IMG/VR virus record: IMGVR_UViG_3300017908_000245
Span: 1-30,092 of that record
Length of the DNA stretch: 30,092 nucleotides
Direction: 5' to 3' (one strand)
Source of the DNA: a virus
Taxonomy: Duplodnaviria; Caudoviricetes
This document shows, one piece after another, positions 19,536 to 26,184 of this stretch (within the stretch, counting starts at the first letter, position 1; each line of letters begins with the position of its first letter). The position numbers and the translations under genes were made by a program. The notes under the pieces were generated by a model. It saw only the letters and a program-made list of their open reading frames with translations, ran no database searches and was not told the origin of the DNA.

Positions 19536-21308
19536 ATGCTTATTATTAAAAATATTACAGTAAAAAACTTTATGAGCGTAGGCAATGTTACACAGGCAGT
19601 AACATTTGATCATGCTGGTTTAACATTGGTGTTAGGAAACAACTTAGACTTGGGCGGTGATGGATCACGTAATGGCACAGGCAAAACAACAATTGTAAAT
19701 GCACTTAGCTATGCATTATACGGCAATGCGCTTTACAACATCAAAAAAGATAACCTTGTTAATAAAACAAACAACAAAGGTATGATGGTTACTGTTGAAT
19801 TTGAAAAAGATGGACAACAGTATCGTATTGAACGTGGACGCAAGCCAAACATTTTTCGTTTCATTGTAAATGAAGCAGATGCTACAGATGGAACAGATGA
19901 ATCACAAGGTGAAGGTAGACAAACACAACAAGTGATTGAACGTGTGCTTGGTATGAGTCATACCATGTTCAAACATATCTGTGCGCTAAACACCTATACT
20001 GAACCTTTTTTAAGTATGCGAGCAAATGATCAACGTGAGTTGATTGAACAGCTACTTGGTATTACACAACTGTCTGAAAAAGCTGATATCCTTAAAGAAC
20101 TTGTAAAAATAACACGTGATAAAATACAAGAAGAAACATTTCGTATCAGTGCAGTAGAAGAAGCAAACGAACGTATTAACAAAAGTATCTCAGATTTGCA
20201 ACGTAGACAACGTGTATGGGGCACAAATAAAGAAGATAAAATAAAACAACTAAAGAGCGAATTGCTTGCACTAGAGCATATTGACATTGATGCAGAGCTA
20301 AAAGCACATGCAGATTTTGAAGATTTTAATGGTAAAAAAAGTCAAATAGACACTTTAAATGCAGAAATAGCAAGACTTACAAGTGCAGTTGACAGAGAAC
20401 AAAAACGTTTAAACAAAGCACAAACCGATCTCAACGCTACATTAGAACATAAGTGTTATGCTTGTGGACAAGAGCTACATGATGAAAAACATGCAGAAAT
20501 TGTAGCTACAAAAACAGAAGCAGTTAACGAAAGTCAATCTCACATTGACGAAGATAACAGCAAAATAGAAGATTATAAAAGCGCACTAGCAGAGCTAGGA
20601 GAGCTTGGTGATGCACCACGCACAGAGTATAATACACTACAAGAAGCGTATGAGCATCAAAATAAACTGAGCACGTTGCGCACAAACATTGAGAATGCAG
20701 AAGAAGAATCAGACCCATACAGCGAACAGATTGAAGCACTACAAGAAACAGGACTTCAACCCGTAGAATGGTCGGAGGTAAATAGACTTACCGAACTCAA
20801 AGAACATCAAGATTTTCTATTGAAACTACTAACAAACAAAGATAGTTTTATTCGTAAGAAAATTATTGAACAGAATTTGCAGTTCCTAAACACTCGCCTA
20901 GAATACTATATTACAAGACTAGGTTTACCACATGAGGTTCAATTTCAGAGCGATTTAACAGTAACAATTACACAACTTGGACAGGACTTGGATTTTGATA
21001 ATCTAAGCCGAGGTGAACGTAATCGACTTATTCTAGGATTAAGCTGGAGCTTCCGCGATGTGTTTGAAAGTATGAATCACCCCATCAATCTCGTCTGTAT
21101 TGACGAACTGGTTGATAGTGGGATGGATACTATAGGTGTTGAAAGCGCACTTGGTATTTTGAAAAAGATGGAACGTGACCGTAACAAAAACATTTTGCTA
21201 ATCTCACACAGAGATGAACTTGTTGGTCGTGTAAACAATGTATTACAAGTTACCAAAGAGAATGGCTTTACAACATTTAATACAGAAGTAGAAATTGTAG
21301 ATGCCTAA
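19536..21308 (+). CDS. Recombination ATPase subunit, gp46/Rad50/SbcC-like
   Basis: KNFMSVGN, Walker A RNGTGKT, coiled coil with CYAC zinc hook, signature LSRGE, Walker B VCIDE, LISH H-loop; start ATG 19536. Confidence 0.95.
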   Translation: MLIIKNITVKNFMSVGNVTQAVTFDHAGLTLVLGNNLDLGGDGSRNGTGKTTIVNALSYALYGNALYNIKKDNLVNKTNNKGMMVTVEFEKDGQQYRIERGRKPNIFRFIVNEADATDGTDESQGEGRQTQQVIERVLGMSHTMFKHICALNTYTEPFLSMRANDQRELIEQLLGITQLSEKADILKELVKITRDKIQEETFRISAVEEANERINKSISDLQRRQRVWGTNKEDKIKQLKSELLALEHIDIDAELKAHADFEDFNGKKSQIDTLNAEIARLTSAVDREQKRLNKAQTDLNATLEHKCYACGQELHDEKHAEIVATKTEAVNESQSHIDEDNSKIEDYKSALAELGELGDAPRTEYNTLQEAYEHQNKLSTLRTNIENAEEESDPYSEQIEALQETGLQPVEWSEVNRLTELKEHQDFLLKLLTNKDSFIRKKIIEQNLQFLNTRLEYYITRLGLPHEVQFQSDLTVTITQLGQDLDFDNLSRGERNRLILGLSWSFRDVFESMNHPINLVCIDELVDSGMDTIGVESALGILKKMERDRNKNILLISHRDELVGRVNNVLQVTKENGFTTFNTEVEIVDA

Positions 21309-21531
21309 GTATGAAGGTCTAGAAGACGACGATTTAATTTTAATAGATCCCGATACAGGTAAAACACTTAGAGTGCCTGCACAAAAGATTAGGAGTCTAG
21401 ACCTTGACACTGAACCATCTGACTTTAATATGAGGCATGCAGCTAATACTATTGAAGAAGATAAATTAGGCAAAGACATAATTAGTAAAATAAAGAACAA
21501 GATAGATGAGTGGAGCAAAAAGCAAAAATAA
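21301..21531 (+). CDS. Hypothetical protein (76 aa)
   Basis: ATG-start ORF overlapping the gp46 stop and the resolvase start; fills the operon gap. Confidence 0.6.
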   Translation: MPKYEGLEDDDLILIDPDTGKTLRVPAQKIRSLDLDTEPSDFNMRHAANTIEEDKLGKDIISKIKNKIDEWSKKQK

Positions 21532-22057
21532 AGGCAAAGGCTTTGAACGTGAAGTTTGTAATATACTAAGCGACATCTATGAAGACAACTTTGAGCGTGT
21601 GCCATACAGTGGTGCATTTGTTGGCGGTATCAACGCCGCACGTAAGAGCACACTTACGGAAAATCAAATCAAGGCTTTTAAAGGAGATGTAATTCCTCCA
21701 GATACATGGAATTATTTTAACTGTGAATGTAAAAATTATGCAGATTTTCCTTTTCATCAATTATTACAAGAAAAACCAATACCACTATTAGAACAATGGC
21801 TAGAACAAACATTAGATGCACATGATAAAGATGATTTGGATCTTTTGTTTATGAAATTTAACCGTAAAGGCATTTATTTGGCATTTCCAAAAAATCTGGT
21901 TGACAGATTTGAATTAAATCGTTACATATATTATACAAGTGAAGATTATGGCACATGGACAATTACATTTTGGCAAGATTTCCAGGCAATTACACATAAT
22001 ATAAGACAAATAAAAAATTTAAGCATTAACGGCACTAAAACAAACGTAATCAAGTAG
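21506..22057 (+). CDS. Holliday junction resolvase, Hjc-type PD-(D/E)xK nuclease
   Basis: SKNKGKGFEREV...RVPYSGA...GDVI...ECKNY catalytic pattern; follows gp46/47. Confidence 0.82.
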   Translation: MSGAKSKNKGKGFEREVCNILSDIYEDNFERVPYSGAFVGGINAARKSTLTENQIKAFKGDVIPPDTWNYFNCECKNYADFPFHQLLQEKPIPLLEQWLEQTLDAHDKDDLDLLFMKFNRKGIYLAFPKNLVDRFELNRYIYYTSEDYGTWTITFWQDFQAITHNIRQIKNLSINGTKTNVIK

Positions 22058-22069
22058 GCTAATAAAGGC

Positions 22070-22405
22070 ACTAGGCTCAGTTTGATCGGGGTTGCTCGAT
22101 CCACCTTGAGGTTATGCTATCAGCATGATCAGACACTGGTGTGCCGCAAGAGTCAATGCACTGGTTTGACAAACCAAAATGAGTGAGCTCTCCTGGACAA
22201 TTGGAACTCACGGGTAGCCCAGAGTCGCATACTATGGCAATGGGTGTTCCTGCGTTAGAAAAGCAGCATTTAATAGAAGTACCGCGTAACCGCTTCCCCC
22301 GAGTGCTAAATCGGGTTTGCTATAGTATGTGTGAAGGGGCGTCTAATCCAAGATTCTTCAGTTGCACCTAGCCGTGTGTAGGCTAAGTGTGACTGAAACA
22401 TCACA
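22070..22405 (+). ncRNA. Candidate large structured RNA of unrecognised family
   Basis: Non-coding island of 146/300 GC over 22081-22380 with at least 8 stems, including the 15-bp pairing 22226-22240/22317-22331 and an 11+5-bp hairpin at 22357-22397. Nearly all non-WC pairs in these stems are G-U on the plus strand (one C/A mismatch in the last hairpin). Boundaries approximate. Confidence 0.7.
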
Positions 22406-22417
22406 CCAAGCTATATC

Positions 22418-22425
22418 GATAAATA
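22418..22425 (+). promoter_or_regulatory. Late promoter-like GATAAATA
   Basis: Same ATAAATA core as the other intergenic sites; upstream of the 146-aa ORF. Confidence 0.5.
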
Positions 22426-22446
22426 TCAACATAGAAATAATTCTTT

Positions 22447-22530
22447 TCGTTTGAACGATTTAGATGATAGCGTAAGCAATTACTTCGAGTAGAGCAAAGC
22501 GATACGAAGAAGATGATGTCGTAGACATCA
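22447..22530. repeat. Cluster of short inverted repeats / mini-hairpins
   Basis: TCGT-TTGA-ACGA (22447-58), GC-GTAA-GC (22470-77), TACT-TCG-AGTA (22481-91), GC-AAA-GC (22494-500), TGATGTC-GTA-GACATCA (22514-30). Confidence 0.55.
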
Positions 22531-22545
22531 AGACATGAGACTATA

Positions 22546-22986
22546 ATGAACTTCCAAGAATTCCAGAACAAATTCCTAGAATGGACAGAGAATGAAATTG
22601 AAGCTAAGAAACTTGATGGATTTCCCATATGTCCTTTTGCAAGAAAAGCAAGATTACAAAATAAGATTCAATTCATAGATGCAAGAGATAATCAATCAAA
22701 TACATATGAGACATTTGACAAAGATCAATATGAAATAGGAATTGCTTGGGTTGATGGATGTGATATGGATCAAGTTGAATCTGTGATTGAACAGCAAATG
22801 CAAAAACACAACGACTTATTGTATTTTACCAGCACAACCACAAGTGGACATTTTGCAAAAAACTTTACAAACTGTGTTTTTATTCAATTGAGAGATGATT
22901 TGACAGAAAAACGCAAGTATCTACATACTACAAAATACTATGACAGTTGGCCTATAGATTATTATAAACTTATAACATCTGTTTAG
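22546..22986 (+). CDS. Hypothetical protein (CPFA motif, DUF1415-like N-terminus)
   Basis: 146-aa ATG ORF; the W...LDGFPICPFARKA motif resembles the DUF1415 N-terminus; family call tentative. Confidence 0.65.
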   Translation: MNFQEFQNKFLEWTENEIEAKKLDGFPICPFARKARLQNKIQFIDARDNQSNTYETFDKDQYEIGIAWVDGCDMDQVESVIEQQMQKHNDLLYFTSTTTSGHFAKNFTNCVFIQLRDDLTEKRKYLHTTKYYDSWPIDYYKLITSV

Positions 22987-23200
22987 ATTTACCACTCATT
23001 CTTTCTGCACGTTTGTTGAGCCTATCAACCAGTAGAACTATACTGGGTAATTCCATTTGAACAATATCCTGATAGCTGAAAGCACCGTCACTGCTGATTA
23101 CAATGTCTAGATAATTTTCTTCCAGTTTTGTGTGTTGTGTTTTGTATCTGTCAATTATTTCAGGAATTTGTTCGGGCTGACTGGTAGCTATCAGCCTGCG
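22970..23200 (-). CDS. gp51-like / tail-assembly-chaperone C-terminal ORF, probably expressed by -1 frameshift from the gp26-like gene
   Basis: Open -1 frame of 76 codons (RRLIATSQPEQIPEIIDRYKTQHTKLEENYLDIVISSDGAFSYQDIVQMELPSIVLLVDRLNKRAERMSGKSKQML*) with no ATG near its 5' end; not in the ORF track. Confidence 0.68.
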   Translation of the reverse strand, partial: RRLIATSQPEQIPEIIDRYKTQHTKLEENYLDIVISSDGAFSYQDIVQMELPSIVLLVDRLNKRAERMSGKSKQML

Positions 23201-23209
23201 AAAAAATTT
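23175..23209 (-). promoter_or_regulatory. Putative -1 programmed ribosomal frameshift signal (slippery site + stimulatory hairpin)
   Basis: mRNA reads ACA AAU UUU UUC GCA GGCUGAU-AGCUACCA-GUCAGCC: heptamers A_AAU_UUU and U_UUU_UUC, with a 7-bp stem starting 6 nt after the first heptamer. Confidence 0.65.
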
Positions 23210-24030
23210 GTTACATCAAGCTCTACTTCGGTTTCCCATTGATGTTCGCAACTTTCACATTGAACTTTGAACATGTTGTTTACACCATCGTTGCTGAGTT
23301 CATCTACTTTGCTTTTTATTTGCTCATAGTCGGCACTTGTAATATTTTGTAGCCATTCTCTGATTGTGTTTTTGTCACTAACTGCTTCGCTGTCGCTACC
23401 AGGCGTCCTTACACTATCTACACAGTTTGTAACAAGGTCTACAGTAAGTTCTGCCATTTCCACAAAAGTTTTACCAAACATTTCTTGTCTTTGTTGATCA
23501 TCCATGTTGGCGTTTTGTAAACCTTCAATCATTTTTACTTGCTTGATTTGTTGTATTTGTATAGTATTTCTATCTTCCAAGCTGTAAGGATTTAGAGTGA
23601 TTTCAAATCCATCATTGATTGTAATAACATTGCTTGGTTGTGGTCTTGACACAGCATTGTCAATGATTGCTTGACAATTGATTGCAACGTTGTTTTTGTG
23701 ACTACACTGTGGGCAGTCCACTTCTACTTCAATTTCACTGCCATAACTTGCTTGTCTAATTGCAAGCATGATTACCATTAGGTCATTGACAGGAATTTGT
23801 CTTGGGTTTGGAATATCAGGACAACAGCTTTGTATTAAACTTACACTGGCCTCACCATTAAACAACGCATCTGGTGTTTTTGTTATCAATTCGTCACGTG
23901 CAGTCATAGCGTAAACAGCTAATTCACCGTCTGCGCTAAGTTTTGGTGCTGGATCATAGTATCTACCACCACTTGGTAGGTCTATATATAGACTTGGTTT
24001 TCTGTATGCACTGATTAGGGGATTACTCAT
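23191..24030 (-). CDS. Baseplate hub assembly protein, T4 gp26-like
   Basis: YIDLPSGGRYY...VYAMTARDEL...LAIRQASYG, two CxxC motifs (CPQC, CESC), ends in NFFAG; GGAGA RBS. Confidence 0.82.
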   Translation of the reverse strand: MSNPLISAYRKPSLYIDLPSGGRYYDPAPKLSADGELAVYAMTARDELITKTPDALFNGEASVSLIQSCCPDIPNPRQIPVNDLMVIMLAIRQASYGSEIEVEVDCPQCSHKNNVAINCQAIIDNAVSRPQPSNVITINDGFEITLNPYSLEDRNTIQIQQIKQVKMIEGLQNANMDDQQRQEMFGKTFVEMAELTVDLVTNCVDSVRTPGSDSEAVSDKNTIREWLQNITSADYEQIKSKVDELSNDGVNNMFKVQCESCEHQWETEVELDVTNFFAG

Positions 24031-24043
24031 GTTTTAATTCTCC

Positions 24044-24074
24044 GATAAATACACTATACTAGAAGTATTTATCA
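24044..24074. promoter_or_regulatory. Pair of opposed late promoters (GATAAATA on each strand)
   Basis: Plus-strand GATAAATA at 24044-24051 and minus-strand GATAAATA at 24066-24073 form the 9-bp inverted repeat GATAAATAC-N12-GTATTTATC between the divergent gp26 and tape-measure genes. Confidence 0.7.
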
Positions 24075-24095
24075 TCATTATATATGTAGTTAATT

Positions 24096-26183
24096 ATGCA
24101 AGAAATTATAAACGCAGTATATCAACAATATCCTTGGGCAAGTGAAGCCACAGCTACAGATATTGCTAACAACATTGGACGTGGACCTGCAAACAGGCGA
24201 AAAATTGCACTTGCAATTACAAATGCAGTGAATCCTGCTGGTGTTGCTGAGTTAGATAGACTGTTAAAGGGACAAATACAATCAGAAAAGAAACAAGCAA
24301 AGGCAAAAAGTGAATTTACTAGAGAAATGCAAGGTGCGCAACGTGCAGTTATGACACAGAACGTTGATGGACTGGGTGCAATGACTGGTTTGTTTGAAAA
24401 ACTTGCAGGTGCCGCATCAGAACTAGGTGTAGGTGGAGCAGCAGCAGGTGCATTTGGGAAATTAGGCGGTAGTAGAAACAAATTAATTTCTGGTTTAGGA
24501 CAAGTTGGTAGAGGCGCAACAGAAGTTGTTGGTAGCAGCTTAGGTATTGCGGCAGGAATTGGCACATTTGTTGCAGCATTTATCAACGGACAGGACAAAT
24601 TGCTTAAAACAATGATTGATATTGGTTTAGCAGACTACAATATGGAAAATATGACGCAATTGCGTAATGATGCAGCAAGTTTGGGCATGGGTTTCAACGA
24701 ATATGCAAAAGTTTTACAAGTAAGTGCTAATTTAATTGGTGCAGGACATGATTCTGCTATGCAAGGCGCGACTATTTTCAGTGAAATGGCAACTAGAGTA
24801 GCTAGAGATGAAAGTGTAGTAAAATTTGGCTATAGAACTAGCGAACTTACCATGCGATTAGCACAAACTGCTGATGCATTATACAAAAGTAATCAAATTA
24901 ATAAGTTAGATGCAGGTGCAGAAGAAAAGATACTTAGAGTTTTTCAAACTACACAAGCAATTGCACTAGGGCTAGCAACAACCACTGGTGAAAACAGATC
25001 AAAGTTACTGGATGAGTTAGAAAACCAAAGACAAGACGTAGAATTAAACACAAGTTTCCAACTTGCACAGCAACAGTTTGTTGAACAAAATGGACAACAA
25101 GCATTTGACAACTTGAGAAATGGCACACAGATGTATCTTGCTAACATTGCTAGTAGATTTGGCAAAGATAGCCCAATGTATGCTGAAATAGAGAAAACAG
25201 TCAAAGCGGCAGTATATGATATTAATTATGATCAAAATATTATGAACAACATTACACCTGAACTAGCACAAATGTTCAATGAAATAGGTGGTGGGGCACT
25301 TAATGCATTTATTGAACAAGGTAATAATTTACTTGCTGGTAACACCGACGAAGCGCAAAGTGTTGTCGATGCTAGTTCGTTGTTAGGCATACTTAGTGAT
25401 CAGTTTGATCAAGGGTTACGTAGATTTGCAAGTGTTGACCCAATCACAAATGCAGCAGCACAGGCTATGGCAGCAGCTAAAGTTGCTAATGATGCGGCTA
25501 AAGACATAAGTCTAGTAGAACTCAAAGACATGATAGATGAATCTACAGGTGCTGTTGGAGTAGCTGATGAATCTATTGTAGCTATTGATAATGCAGCTAT
25601 TGCACTTACCACAACACTAGAAGCAATTATGCCAGGTATTGATACCATGGACGGTGCGCTAGACATGGTTTATGCAACTATGGGGTTCACAGCCTCAATG
25701 ATTGATGCTTTAACAGCTATTTTAGGTATAGATGGAACAGATGCAAAGTCTCAACTTGATGATATTATGGAAGCTGTTGAAAAAGGCACAACCACTGATG
25801 CAGTAATATATCAAAGAGGTTCAAAAGAATACAATAGACAAAGCAGTTTGTTAAGATTAACACCAGACGGTGATATTACAGCAAGAAGCTATGAAAATTT
25901 TATCAATACAACAAGAACATTTATGTCTGATAGTGCTATTGGTAGTGCAGACAGAGACACATTAACTGATAGAGTATCATCACTAACGGAAATGAAAGCC
26001 GAAGTTAATAATAGACTAGCCAATAGAGATGGTGAAAGAAATGCACAAGGTAGAATAACAGGTAGACCACTTACACAGCAAGAAATTGCCTTGTATAATC
26101 AGCAACTTAGAATTCTGGATGAACAAATTACTAAAGTTAACAAAAGAATTGCTGATCAAGAAAGTGTATTAGAGGGAGTATAA
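24096..26183 (+). CDS. Tape-measure-like protein 1 (695 aa)
   Basis: Ala/Gly/Gln-rich helical composition with a hydrophobic GIAAGIGTFVAAF stretch; paralogous to the next gene; adjacent to the gp26/gp51-like chaperone. Confidence 0.65.
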   Translation: MQEIINAVYQQYPWASEATATDIANNIGRGPANRRKIALAITNAVNPAGVAELDRLLKGQIQSEKKQAKAKSEFTREMQGAQRAVMTQNVDGLGAMTGLFEKLAGAASELGVGGAAAGAFGKLGGSRNKLISGLGQVGRGATEVVGSSLGIAAGIGTFVAAFINGQDKLLKTMIDIGLADYNMENMTQLRNDAASLGMGFNEYAKVLQVSANLIGAGHDSAMQGATIFSEMATRVARDESVVKFGYRTSELTMRLAQTADALYKSNQINKLDAGAEEKILRVFQTTQAIALGLATTTGENRSKLLDELENQRQDVELNTSFQLAQQQFVEQNGQQAFDNLRNGTQMYLANIASRFGKDSPMYAEIEKTVKAAVYDINYDQNIMNNITPELAQMFNEIGGGALNAFIEQGNNLLAGNTDEAQSVVDASSLLGILSDQFDQGLRRFASVDPITNAAAQAMAAAKVANDAAKDISLVELKDMIDESTGAVGVADESIVAIDNAAIALTTTLEAIMPGIDTMDGALDMVYATMGFTASMIDALTAILGIDGTDAKSQLDDIMEAVEKGTTTDAVIYQRGSKEYNRQSSLLRLTPDGDITARSYENFINTTRTFMSDSAIGSADRDTLTDRVSSLTEMKAEVNNRLANRDGERNAQGRITGRPLTQQEIALYNQQLRILDEQITKVNKRIADQESVLEGV

Positions 26184-26184
26184 T

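Noticed and set aside
22087-22105. GGGGTTG...TCCACC resembling tmRNA/tRNA-Ala acceptor ends
   Set aside because: The two halves are only ~5 nt apart, with no T-loop (GTTCRA), no CCA end and no tag reading frame ending in ALAA-like residues.
22183-22371. 62-aa ORF inside the structured region (and 22401-22628 on the minus strand)
   Set aside because: GTG start without a clear RBS and composition unlike the phage genes; better explained as a by-product of the GC-rich RNA structure.
22070-22405. RNase P RNA, group I or group II intron identity for the structured element
   Set aside because: No GAGGAAAGTCC P4 motif, no recognisable P7 pair or domain V, and no interrupted exon frames on either side. 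Judged by eye only; needs cmscan.
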